From: an uncultured Gemmatimonadales bacterium
GTDB taxonomy: Bacteria; Gemmatimonadota; Gemmatimonadetes; Gemmatimonadales; GWC2-71-9
Reading direction: 5' to 3'
DNA: 64,000 nt
Assembly (NCBI GenBank): GCA_963761885.1
Contig: CAVXIN010000005.1
Coordinates: forward strand, 55,734-119,733
Shown: piece by piece, positions 33,713 to 45,615 of the stretch
Numbering within the stretch: position 1 is the stretch's first letter
Layout: each line of letters begins with the position of its first letter
Made by a program: the position numbers and the translations under genes
The notes under the pieces: generated by a model
Seen by the model: only the letters and a program-made list of their open reading frames with translations
Databases searched by the model: none
Told to the model about the DNA's origin: nothing

Positions 33713-35422
33713 TCACGGTCGCTCCACCGGCGGCACCGCGACTGGATCGGTGCGCTCGAAAATGCCGCCGAGCCAGGAGAGAATGAGCCGCGCTTCGATC
33801 CCGATGGTCGCGATTCCGGCGGCGCCGGCGGGAACCGCCGCCCACCAGCCGATCCCGCGCTGGAGCGCAATGAAGGTGGCGCCGGCGGCCGCCGCGGGCA
33901 GCAGCAGCAGCGTGCCGAGCACCACCAGAAAACCGGTCATCACCAGCATGTTCTGCCCCAGCGCTTCGACGCCGATCGGGCGTTCGGGGCCGACCCGGAT
34001 CCAGGCGGGGAGCAGAAGCGCCGACCCGTTCTGGACCAGCATTGCCAGGAAATTGACGGCGGGAAGTCCCGCCACGGCGCCTGCCAGGATCGCCGTCCGG
34101 AAGTCGGGGTCCGGGTTGTCTACCCGCCCGCCCCAGAGCGCCAGGTACGCCACGACCAGAAAACCCACCTGCATCAGCGTCAAGGTCGCGGTTGACCCGG
34201 CCGCCTCGGCGGCGACGATGGACGCGCCGCGCAGCGGGTAGCTGCGCAGCAGCGCCAGCCGGGAGAGGTCGGAGCGCAGGTCGTTTCTCACCCACTGCGG
34301 TCCGAGAAACATGAGGAATCCCACCCACATCGCCGCCAGCCATCCGGCGCCCTCGAGCAGCCCCGTCGCCACCTCGGCGACCGAGAGAGTCAGGATCGCC
34401 ATGACCGCCACCAGAAAAGCGATCGCCGCAGTTCGCGCAGGCCCGGTGCGCACGACGGCCGCCAGGTTCTTCCAGAACAGGGCTCCCGCGGGCCAACCGG
34501 TCTGGGCGAGCATGGGCACCCGTCTGGCCGTGAACCGCGGCGCTCGCGCCGTCCCGGCCCCGCGCCGCCCACGCGCGAGCGCGGTCTCCGCCGCGGACTC
34601 CTCGAACGCGGCGTCGGACCGGACCACCCAGATGTAGTGCGCGACGAGCAGCGCGATTGCCGGAAGCAGCGCCCGGCCCCAGTCGAGCCAGTGCGGCGTC
34701 ACCAGGGGTCTGACCAGGAGTCGGGCAGGCCACAGGACCGCGGCCATCACCGGACGGGCGGCCGCGGCTTCCGCGCCCGACAGAAATTCGCGGAATCCCA
34801 TCGCCCACGCGGCGCGCAATGCGGGGAATACGGCTCGAAGCTCCAAGACCCCGATCGCCGCAACGCAGGCGAACACCGCGAGGGTGAGCGCGCGGGCCCG
34901 AGCTGCACGCATCCCATGCTCGACCAGACTGCCGCGCAGCAGCGCGACACCGAGTCGGTGCAGGGCGAGCGTGGTGAGCAGGGTCCAGATCGCGAGCGCG
35001 CGACGCCAGGGCGCCGCGCCATGCCAGCCGCCGGTGAGGAGGACCGTCCAGAGAACCGTGTTGAAGAGGATGACGAGCTGTCCGCGCAGCAACTTGTAGT
35101 GGACCAGCTCACGGCGCGTCAGCGGGGCAGGGAAGAGGAGAGTGACCTCCGCGCGCGAGAAGGCCAGCGCCCCGCGATCCGCACCGAACACCCAGACCCA
35201 GGTTATCACTCCGAGCACGGCAGTCGCCGCGATCAGCTCGAGCCCCGCGGCCGATATGTCAGGCGGGGCCGAAGTCGAACGCTGGTAGATCCCCACGAAC
35301 CACAGGTAGGCCAGGCCCAGGAGGAGGGCGACCACATAGCGTGGGGTTCTGAGGCGACGGATCTGCCGGACGAGTCGGTTACGGATGGAGCGCCCGGCGA
35401 GATACCAGAGCGGACTCGTCAC
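33713..35422 (-). CDS. polytopic membrane protein of the 'putative ABC exporter' type
   Basis: 569 aa. N-terminus MTSPLWYLAGRSIRNRLVRQIRRLRTPRYVVALLLGL, followed by many hydrophobic helices. Its start overlaps the stop of the upstream ABC ATPase. Confidence 0.6.
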   Translation of the reverse strand: MTSPLWYLAGRSIRNRLVRQIRRLRTPRYVVALLLGLAYLWFVGIYQRSTSAPPDISAAGLELIAATAVLGVITWVWVFGADRGALAFSRAEVTLLFPAPLTRRELVHYKLLRGQLVILFNTVLWTVLLTGGWHGAAPWRRALAIWTLLTTLALHRLGVALLRGSLVEHGMRAARARALTLAVFACVAAIGVLELRAVFPALRAAWAMGFREFLSGAEAAAARPVMAAVLWPARLLVRPLVTPHWLDWGRALLPAIALLVAHYIWVVRSDAAFEESAAETALARGRRGAGTARAPRFTARRVPMLAQTGWPAGALFWKNLAAVVRTGPARTAAIAFLVAVMAILTLSVAEVATGLLEGAGWLAAMWVGFLMFLGPQWVRNDLRSDLSRLALLRSYPLRGASIVAAEAAGSTATLTLMQVGFLVVAYLALWGGRVDNPDPDFRTAILAGAVAGLPAVNFLAMLVQNGSALLLPAWIRVGPERPIGVEALGQNMLVMTGFLVVLGTLLLLPAAAAGATFIALQRGIGWWAAVPAGAAGIATIGIEARLILSWLGGIFERTDPVAVPPVERP

Positions 35423-36153
35423 CCGTCGCCGTCCTGGTCCCCCACGATCCCCAGGAACACGTCCTCGAGGCCTCTGCCGGCCAGGTCGGGTCTCGCCTGG
35501 ACGATCTCACCGATGGTCCCCAAGGCCAGAACCCGGCCCCGGCGCATGATCAGAACCCGGGTGCAGATTTCCTCGACCAGATGCAACAGGTGGGAGCTCA
35601 GCAGCACGGCTGCTCCACCTCGGGCATGCTCCACGATCGTGGTCTTCATCCGGCGGATCCCCACCGGGTCGAGGCCGGTGAGCGGCTCGTCCAGAATCAG
35701 GGCCTTGGGATCGTGGATCAGGGCGCACCCGATGGCCAGCTTCTGTCGCATGCCGCGCGAGAGCTCCTCCGGCAGCGACCCTCGGCGATCCTCCAGGTCG
35801 AGCTCGCGGAGCACACCCGGGAGCCTCGCCGAGACGTCCGTCACCCGATACAGCCGGGCGACGAAGCGGAGGTGCTCCTCCACGGTCAGGTATTCGAAGA
35901 GGTGCGGCTCGTCGGGCACGAAGGCGAGTGCGGCCTTGGCGGCCACCGCGTCGGTCGCGAGATCGTGGCCGGCAATACTGATCTTCCCCCCACTTGGCAC
36001 CGTGATCCCGGCCATGCACTGGAGGGTGGTGGTCTTGCCGGCCCCGTTGGGGCCAACCAGGCCGATGACCTCCCCCGGTCCGACCCGGAACGACAGGTCC
36101 TGGACCGCGGTCAGCTCGCCATACACCTTGTGGAGACCCTCGACCACGATCAC
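35419..36153 (-). CDS. ABC transporter ATP-binding protein
   Basis: Walker [10 protein letters not shown], signature LSRGMRQKL, Walker B LILDEP, H-loop SSHLL; 244 aa. Confidence 0.9.
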   Translation of the reverse strand: MIVVEGLHKVYGELTAVQDLSFRVGPGEVIGLVGPNGAGKTTTLQCMAGITVPSGGKISIAGHDLATDAVAAKAALAFVPDEPHLFEYLTVEEHLRFVARLYRVTDVSARLPGVLRELDLEDRRGSLPEELSRGMRQKLAIGCALIHDPKALILDEPLTGLDPVGIRRMKTTIVEHARGGAAVLLSSHLLHLVEEICTRVLIMRRGRVLALGTIGEIVQARPDLAGRGLEDVFLGIVGDQDGDG

Positions 36154-36185
36154 TGAAACTTTCCCATGCTCTCTGGCGTCTCTAG

Positions 36186-36214
36186 TTGAAACATCGGGGC
36201 CAAGGCCCTATACA
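36186..36214 (+). promoter_or_regulatory. sigma-70-like promoter candidate TTGAAA-N17-TATACA
   Basis: Hexamers at 36186-36191 and 36209-36214, in the divergent intergenic region. GGAG at 36253-36256 precedes ATG 36263. Confidence 0.45.
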
Positions 36215-36262
36215 TGAGGCTGCCCGTTTACCCACGCGCTGGCCCGATCGCTCGGAGTAACT

Positions 36263-36973
36263 ATGCGGAACTACTGGCTGAAAATCCTCCTTGGGGCCCT
36301 CGGCATCTTCGCGTTGGGCATGATCGGGGTGTCGCTCGTCCGAGGCGGAGTCGCCAAGGTCAACAGCGTCGTCGAAGGCGACGGCCCCATCACCATCCCC
36401 CTGGGTCTGATCCCGTTCGTCCTGGGCGGCGAGCGGCTCGGCAAGCTCGACCACGTGACGCTCAATCGGGAGTCCCCATCCAACGTCAGCGACGTGGAGC
36501 TGACCATCGACCTCTCGGACTCCCTGTTGGCACAGGGGCTCGCGGGCTGCCGGCTGGTGGCCAACCTCGAAGACGGCGGCGGTGATCGCGGGATGAACAT
36601 CCGCGTCGGCCGCGAGGGCGAGGGGGCCTTTCACTGCCTGGCGGGTGACTCGACACCGGCCGACCTGCAGGAGTACGGTGTCGCGATCTTCCAGCCGGGA
36701 GAGGTCGAGGTCCCACTGCTCCTGGCGACCGAGCTGGTCCAGGAGCTTCAGTCGCTCGACTTCGCCCACGATTCCACGACGGCGGATGGTGACTCGATGC
36801 AGATTCAGATTCCCAATACCGACTCGATCGAGGCGGAGGTGACTCGCCAGCTGGCCGCCACCGATTCCATTCGTGCGGCCACCGACTCGATCGTTCGCTC
36901 GACCATGAAAGTGCGCGACTCCCTCATCGGGGAAGCGAAAAAGCGGATGGCGGAGGACGCGAAGGACCAATAG
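36263..36973 (+). CDS. hypothetical membrane-anchored protein
   Basis: 236 aa with an N-terminal TM helix (NYWLKILLGALGIFALGMIGVSLV) and an acidic C-terminal region with a thrice-repeated (A)TDSI motif. Coding-like G/C third positions. I recognise no family. Confidence 0.5.
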   Translation: MRNYWLKILLGALGIFALGMIGVSLVRGGVAKVNSVVEGDGPITIPLGLIPFVLGGERLGKLDHVTLNRESPSNVSDVELTIDLSDSLLAQGLAGCRLVANLEDGGGDRGMNIRVGREGEGAFHCLAGDSTPADLQEYGVAIFQPGEVEVPLLLATELVQELQSLDFAHDSTTADGDSMQIQIPNTDSIEAEVTRQLAATDSIRAATDSIVRSTMKVRDSLIGEAKKRMAEDAKDQ

Positions 36974-36985
36974 CTTCCGCGGACG

Positions 36986-37588
36986 ATGCTCCTCGTCCTC
37001 GACAACTACGACAGCTTCACCTATAACCTCGTCCAGTACGCGGGAGAACTGGGCGCGGACCCGGTAGTCTACCGCAACGATACCCTGGGCGTCGAGGAGG
37101 CACTCGCGCTCCGACCCCGCGCGATCATTGTCTCCCCCGGACCCTGTACCCCAACCGAAGCCGGGATCTCCGTTGCCCTCATCCGGGCGGCCGCCGGCAG
37201 AATCCCGGTGCTCGGCGTGTGTCTGGGTCACCAGGCCATCGGTGAGGCGTTTGGCGGCCGTGTGGTCCGCGCCAGTCGGCTGATGCACGGCAAGACGACG
37301 CCCGTCGCCCACAACGGCCATCCGCTGTTCCGGGACATACCCGCGCCGTTCGAGGCGATGCGCTATCACTCCCTCGTCGTGTCGCCGGAGGAATTGCCAG
37401 CGGAGCTCGAGGTGACCGCCTGGTCGGACGACCGCGCGGCGGGCTCCGAGATCATGGCGCTCTGCCACCGCGAGCTGCCGGTCTTCGGAGTGCAATTTCA
37501 CCCCGAATCGGTGGGCACGGCCCCGGGCAAGCGGCTCCTCGCGAACTTCCTCGCGCCTCGTAGCATAAGCCTTTCGTTCTCAAGCTGA
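36986..37588 (+). CDS. glutamine amidotransferase component II of anthranilate/aminodeoxychorismate synthase (TrpG/PabA)
   Basis: [38 protein letters not shown]; 200 aa. Confidence 0.9.
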   Translation: MLLVLDNYDSFTYNLVQYAGELGADPVVYRNDTLGVEEALALRPRAIIVSPGPCTPTEAGISVALIRAAAGRIPVLGVCLGHQAIGEAFGGRVVRASRLMHGKTTPVAHNGHPLFRDIPAPFEAMRYHSLVVSPEELPAELEVTAWSDDRAAGSEIMALCHRELPVFGVQFHPESVGTAPGKRLLANFLAPRSISLSFSS

Positions 37589-37629
37589 TACAAGCTTTCT
37601 TCCAAGAGGCCTGCGGCACGGCACGGGTT

Positions 37630-37658
37630 TTGACTCCACCCCAGCCCTCTGTTAGCTT
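37630..37658 (+). promoter_or_regulatory. sigma-70-like promoter candidate TTGACT-N17-TAGCTT upstream of kdsB
   Basis: Hexamers at 37630-37635 and 37653-37658. GTG 37661 and ATG 37664 follow within 2-5 nt and there is no Shine-Dalgarno sequence, so a leaderless start at ATG 37664 is plausible. Confidence 0.4.
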
Positions 37659-37660
37659 CC

Positions 37661-40876
<3,216 letters not shown>

Positions 40877-40887
<11 letters not shown>

Positions 40888-41435
40888 CGCGGGCAAGGCG
40901 TCCCGGGTCCGCGTGCTCGCATTGGACGTGGACGGTGTGCTGACCGACAATGGGATCTGGATCGGGCCGGTGCAGGGTGCGCGGATCGAGCTCAAGCGGT
41001 TCGACATCCAGGACGGCCTCGGCCTCCGACTAGTGCGCACGGCGGGCATTCCGATCGTGTGGCTGAGCGGGCGGCATTCCGAGGCTACGGCAATGCGCGC
41101 CGCCGAGCTGCAGATGGACGAGGTGCTGCAGGTCCCCGGCCCGGAAAAGCTGGCGGCCATGGAGGGCGTGCGCGCACGGCGCGGCCTCGAGTGGGAGGAG
41201 CTGGCCTTCGTGGGCGACGACCTGGCCGACCTCCAGGTGATGCGCAGGGTGGGTCTGCCCATAGCCGTGGCCAACGCCGTGCTCGAAATCCGCGCGGTCG
41301 CGGACTGCGTGACCAGCGCGCGAGGGGGCTACGGCGCCGTGCGTGAGGTCGCCGATGCGCTGCTCAGGGCGCGCGGCGTGTGGCCCGAGATGCTCGAGCG
41401 CTACTTCAGCGATCACGCCGCACGCAATGCGCTGA
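40877..41435 (+). CDS. kdsC: Kdo-8-phosphate phosphatase (HAD-IIIA); 3' end uncertain
   Basis: ..[51 protein letters not shown]... As assembled the frame stays open to 41569. A stop at 41433-41435 is reached only after a one-base shift, so the end is a guess based on family length. Confidence 0.65.
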
Positions 41436-42390
41436 TACCGGGGCGCTGGTGGAGCTGGGCCGGCGGGTGCTGCGCCTGGAGGCCTCCGCGGTCGCCGCGA
41501 TCGCCGACCGGCTCGATAGCAGGTTCGCGGAGGCGGCGCTGCTCATTCAGCAGGCGAAGGGGCGGGTGATCGTGTCTGGTGTGGGGAAGTCCGGGCTGGT
41601 GGCGCGCAAGATCGCCTCGACACTGACATCGACCGGCACGCCGGCGAGCTACCTGCATCCGATCGATTCGCTCCATGGCGATCTGGGCATCGTCGGGGCC
41701 GACGACGTGGCGATCGTGCTGAGCAAGAGCGGGCATTCCCAGGACCTGTTCGGCCTGCTCGGATCGCTCCAGCGTCTGGGCGTGCCGATCATCGCGGTGA
41801 CGGGCGGGATCGAGTCGGGGCTCGCGCGCGTGGCCCGAGTGGTCCTCGATGCATCCGTGGCCGAGGAGGCCTGCCCCCACGACCTGGCGCCGACGTCCAG
41901 CACGACGGCCGCCCTGGCGGTGGGCGACGCGCTCGCGATGGCGGTACTCGAGCTCAAGGGATTTCGGCGGGAGCAGTTCGCCGAGCTGCATCCGGGAGGC
42001 AGCCTCGGCCGCCGACTGTTGCTGCGCGTCCGGGATGTCATGCTGCCCCCGGGTCGTCTGCTGGCGCCCCAGGCCACGATGCGCGAGGCCGTCGTCAGCC
42101 TGGCCCGCGATCGCGGGATCGCCCTGGTCGGCGAGGGCGGGCAGCTCCGAGGCGTGGTCACCACCGGCGACCTCACCCGGCTGGCCGAGCGGGATCCCGA
42201 CTTTCTGGGTCGCCCGGTGTCGCAGGTGATGTCCTCCGATCCCAAGACCGCCGGCCCCGACGATCTCGCGGCCGCCGCGGTGGGGACGATGCAGGCGAAG
42301 GGCGTGATCGTACTGCCCGTCGTCTCCGGCGGCGGCGCGGTCGAGGGCGTGGTCCACCTCCACGACCTGATGCGCGCGGGGGCGGTGTGA
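41380..42390 (+). CDS. kdsD: arabinose-5-phosphate isomerase (KdsD/KpsF/GutQ)
   Basis: SIS domain ..GRVIVSGVGKSGLVARKIASTLTSTGTPASYLHP..GDLG.. plus two CBS repeats. The start is uncertain: ATG 41380 overlaps the kdsC tail, and GTG 41449 is an alternative. Confidence 0.85.
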   Translation: MARDARALLQRSRRTQCADTGALVELGRRVLRLEASAVAAIADRLDSRFAEAALLIQQAKGRVIVSGVGKSGLVARKIASTLTSTGTPASYLHPIDSLHGDLGIVGADDVAIVLSKSGHSQDLFGLLGSLQRLGVPIIAVTGGIESGLARVARVVLDASVAEEACPHDLAPTSSTTAALAVGDALAMAVLELKGFRREQFAELHPGGSLGRRLLLRVRDVMLPPGRLLAPQATMREAVVSLARDRGIALVGEGGQLRGVVTTGDLTRLAERDPDFLGRPVSQVMSSDPKTAGPDDLAAAAVGTMQAKGVIVLPVVSGGGAVEGVVHLHDLMRAGAV

Positions 42391-42392
42391 GG

Positions 42393-42519
42393 GGCGGACG
42401 GGCGGACGGGCGGACGGGCGGAAGGAACAGTCGTGCCGCTCGGAAGGGCTGCGGCCGGAGAGGACGCTCGGGCGCGTAGAGCATGCGTTTCCGCCCTTCC
42501 GCCCTTCCGCCCGTCCGCC
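42393..42519. repeat. hairpin element copy B: GGCGGACG x3 + GGCGGAAG, 63-nt spacer, 4 inverted octamers
   Basis: Left arm 42393-42424 and right arm 42488-42519 are complementary at 29 of 32 positions. The arms are near-identical to copy A but the spacer is unrelated. It begins 2 nt after the kdsD stop. Confidence 0.85.
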
Positions 42520-43068
42520 GCGTTACTGTCAGCGCTCTTGGCCCTCAGCCCCCTCGTCGCCTGCGAGGACCCCGGCGCCCGGCCGACCACGACGATTCAG
42601 GCTCCCGACAGCGCGGACCAGATCCTCGAGGGGTTCTCGCACTACGTGACCAACGACGGGATCCGCCGGAGCCGGGTGGAGGCGGACACGGCCTACTTCT
42701 ACGAGGCAACGCAGATCACCAACCTCGCGAAGCTCAAGGTCACGTTCTACGATCTCAAGGGCGCCGAGAGCTCGACGCTGACCGCCAAGCGCGGCCTGTA
42801 CCGATGGCAGGACGGATCGATGGAAGCGAACGACAACGTGGTAGTCGTGGCTCCCGATGGCAGGCGGCTCGCCACCGAGCGGCTGCGCTACGACAACGGC
42901 AGCAATCAGATCTCCACCGACCGGAAGTTTACCTTCGACCGCGGCGAGGAACACCTGGAAGGCAACAGCTTCCGCTCGGACCCGGACTTCCGGAACGTGG
43001 TCACTGACCGCCCCCGAGGCACCGCGGGCGACGGAATGCTCCTTCCCGGTCAGGAGGGCAAGCCGTGA
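42433..43068 (+). CDS. lptC: LptC-like periplasmic LPS-transport protein (lipoprotein-type signal); start lies inside repeat copy B
   Basis: Body ..ILEGFSHYVTNDGIRRSRVEADTAYFYE..LKVTFYDLKG..LTAKRGLYRWQDGSMEANDNVVVV.. has the LptC/OstA-like beta-jellyroll pattern. It sits between kdsD and an lptA-like gene. The signal peptide ALLSALLALSPLVAC is preceded by 29 element-encoded codons counted from GTG 42433. Confidence 0.6.
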   Translation: MPLGRAAAGEDARARRACVSALPPFRPSAALLSALLALSPLVACEDPGARPTTTIQAPDSADQILEGFSHYVTNDGIRRSRVEADTAYFYEATQITNLAKLKVTFYDLKGAESSTLTAKRGLYRWQDGSMEANDNVVVVAPDGRRLATERLRYDNGSNQISTDRKFTFDRGEEHLEGNSFRSDPDFRNVVTDRPRGTAGDGMLLPGQEGKP

Positions 43069-44452
43069 GCGGGCGGGCGGGGGTTCTCGGTATCGCTCTG
43101 CTAGTGGCTGCGTCCCCCCTCGCGGCTCAGAGCGAGCGCTGCGTCTTCCAGATCGACAACGTCGACCGCCAGGGCAGTGTGGTCGAGACCTCGCAAGGCA
43201 CCAACTATTTCGCGGGCGGAAACGTCAAGCTCAGCTGCCGCGGCACCAAGATTTCCATGCAGAGCGACAGCGTGGCGGCCTACGGCGGGAACGTGGTGCA
43301 GTTCATCGGCCGGGTGAAGTATCGCGACTCCACTCTGACGATGGATGCGGACCGGGGCATCTACTACAAGAACCGGGAGCGGTGGGAAGCCCGGGGCAAC
43401 GTGACGACGCAGAACATGAAGACCGGATCCACCCTGACCGGCCCGGCGCTGGACTACATGCGGGTGGTGAAGGGCGTTCGCGACACCCTCGAGATGTACT
43501 CCACCGGCCGACCCACGATCAAGTATTTCCCGACCGACTCGGGCGGGAAGCCGGCGGAGCCGTACGTGATCGTCGGCGACCGGGTGCGCTTCAAGGGGGA
43601 CGACCGGATCTTCGCGGGCGGCAAGGTCACGGTCGACCGGAGCGATTTTACCTCGCGCTCGGACTCGCTGCGGCTCGATACCGGGGCCGGGAGCGACGGC
43701 ACGCTGCTCGGCGGCATGCCTACCCTCCGGGGCGTCGGCGCCGACAGCTTCTCGATCACCGGCACCCGGATCGACCTGACCCTGGAGCAGCGCGACCTGA
43801 CCTATCTCCTGGCCAAGGGGAAGGCGCGCGCCATCAGCAAGGAGTGGGATCTGGTCGCCGACACGATCGCCCTCGACGTCAATCAGCGAAAGCTGGAGCA
43901 GACGCTGGCCTGGGGCGACGGCACCCGACCCTCGGCTACGTCGACCGCCTATGCGATGAAGGCCGACTCGCTCGCCCTGGACACGCCGAACCAGAAGCTG
44001 CGCGAAGTGCGAGGGTTCGGGAAAGCCTGGCTGGGCGGGAGCGTCTACGCCCCGACCCAGGACCGCGACTGGATGCGCGGCGATACGATCGTCGCCCGGT
44101 TTGCCAGCCTCGACTCGGCCGGCGCGCCAGCGGGCCGTCCTGAGCCGGATCGACGCCCGCCAGGCCGCCCAATCGTATCACATCGAGCCCAACAAGCGCC
44201 TGCCGCAGCGGCCGTCGATCAACTACGCGCGGGGCGACGCGATCACGGTCACGATGAAGTCGGGAACGCGCCACGGGGTCGGGCGTGGACCGGGTGGACG
44301 TGCGCGGGAAGGTGGATGGGGTCCAGCTCGAGGCCGACGCCGGACCAGCCGGCGATCCAGCCGCGACGCCGGGCACGCCGACCCCGACCCCCGGCGCTCG
44401 GCCGGCGCCGTCGCGGGCGGACTCCACGCCGGGCAGGCGCGTCGCCCGATGA
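43065..44452 (+). pseudogene. lptA: large OstA/LptA-like periplasmic protein, 2 frame breaks
   Basis: Signal peptide MSGRAGVLGIALLVAASPLAAQS, then repeated OstA-type strands (..NYFAGGNVKLS..VAAYGGNVVQFIGRVKY..ARGNVT..). It continues after ~44125 ([22 protein letters not shown]..) and after ~44285 ([18 protein letters not shown], then a Pro/Thr/Ala-rich tail). Stop is TGA 44450-44452. Confidence 0.6.
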
Positions 44453-45615
44453 GCGCCCCGGAATGGATCGCCTCACTCGGCGACCGCGATCCTTCGGTGC
44501 CCATTGCGCTGGCGGCGATCACTCGCGCGGCCGGTGTCACGGACACGGTGGACTTCGGCGACCTCGTGATGAGCTACCGCGAGGCCCATATCGCCTGCCA
44601 CCGGCCGCTCAACGGCCCGGTCCAGGTCGAGATCACCGGCGACGAGGTGCGCGATCACCTGACGCGCTCCGTGCTGCCCCGCCTGGCCACCGAGGGCTGG
44701 ATCCTCGATGCGCCGGGCGCGGACTGGAATCCGGTGCGCCCGCGGGTACCCTGGTGGGGACAGACACCGGAGGCGCGCCAGGGCGTCTACGAAGCGTTGC
44801 TGGACTCCGCCCGCCGGGCGGCCCAGCGCGGCGCCAAGCCGATCGTGGCCCAGGCCCCCTCGGCGAGCGTGCTGGAGGGGATGGACCTGCTCAAGAGCTT
44901 CAAGGGCCGCAAAGTGGTGGACAACGTCACCGTCCGGGTGCAGCAGGGCGAGATCGTCGGCCTGCTCGGTCCGAACGGGGCGGGAAAGACCACGACGTTC
45001 TACCTTATAACGGGCCTGATCCGGCCTGATCACGGCCGGGTCCTGCTGGACGGTCTCGATCTGACGCGCGCGCCGATGTATCGCCGGGCGCGCTCCGGAA
45101 TCGGTTACCTGGCGCAGGAACCCTCGATCTTCCGGAAAATGACGGTCGAGGAAAATATTCTGGCTATCCTGGAGACCCGCGACCTCGGCCGCACCGAGCG
45201 GCACCAGCGGCTCGACCGGATGCTGGATGAGCTCTCGATCAAGCATCTCCGCCGGAGCAAGGCATACTCGTTGAGTGGCGGAGAGCGGCGCAGGCTGGAG
45301 ATCACCCGGGCGCTGGTGAGCGAGCCGAAATTCATGTTGCTCGACGAGCCGTTCGCGGGCGTGGATCCGATTGCGGTGCACGACATTCAAACCATCGTCG
45401 CAGGGCTGCGGCATCGCGGCATCGGTGTGCTGATCACCGACCACAACGTCGAGCAGACGCTCGACATCGTCGACCGGGCCTACATCATGTTCGAGGGCAA
45501 AGTGCAGGCATCGGGGAGCGTGCGCGATCTCGTGTATGACGACCGCGTCGCCCAACTCTATCTGGGTCCCACCCTGACCGCGCGCTTGCGAGCGCGTCTC
45601 GAGGCGGTGGCATGA
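44449..45615 (+). CDS. lptB: LPS export ABC ATPase LptB with a 140-codon N-terminal extension of unknown function
   Basis: The core from GTG 44869 is [72 protein letters not shown]... The upstream 140 codons ([16 protein letters not shown]..) are in the same frame with no stop and have coding-like G/C third positions. Confidence 0.85.
   Translation: MSAPEWIASLGDRDPSVPIALAAITRAAGVTDTVDFGDLVMSYREAHIACHRPLNGPVQVEITGDEVRDHLTRSVLPRLATEGWILDAPGADWNPVRPRVPWWGQTPEARQGVYEALLDSARRAAQRGAKPIVAQAPSASVLEGMDLLKSFKGRKVVDNVTVRVQQGEIVGLLGPNGAGKTTTFYLITGLIRPDHGRVLLDGLDLTRAPMYRRARSGIGYLAQEPSIFRKMTVEENILAILETRDLGRTERHQRLDRMLDELSIKHLRRSKAYSLSGGERRRLEITRALVSEPKFMLLDEPFAGVDPIAVHDIQTIVAGLRHRGIGVLITDHNVEQTLDIVDRAYIMFEGKVQASGSVRDLVYDDRVAQLYLGPTLTARLRARLEAVA

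Noticed and set aside
37615-37635. A sigma-54 promoter-like string GGCACGGGTTTTGA upstream of kdsB, attractive because rpoN is in the same cluster. A similar CTGGCACGCCGCGCC lies at ~21508-21522 upstream of mqnE.
   Set aside because: The -12 element lacks the invariant GC (TTGA instead of TTGC). The TTGACT fits better as the -35 of a sigma-70-like site with a TAGCTT -10 at correct spacing. The mqnE-upstream string has no TTGC-like -12 element at all.
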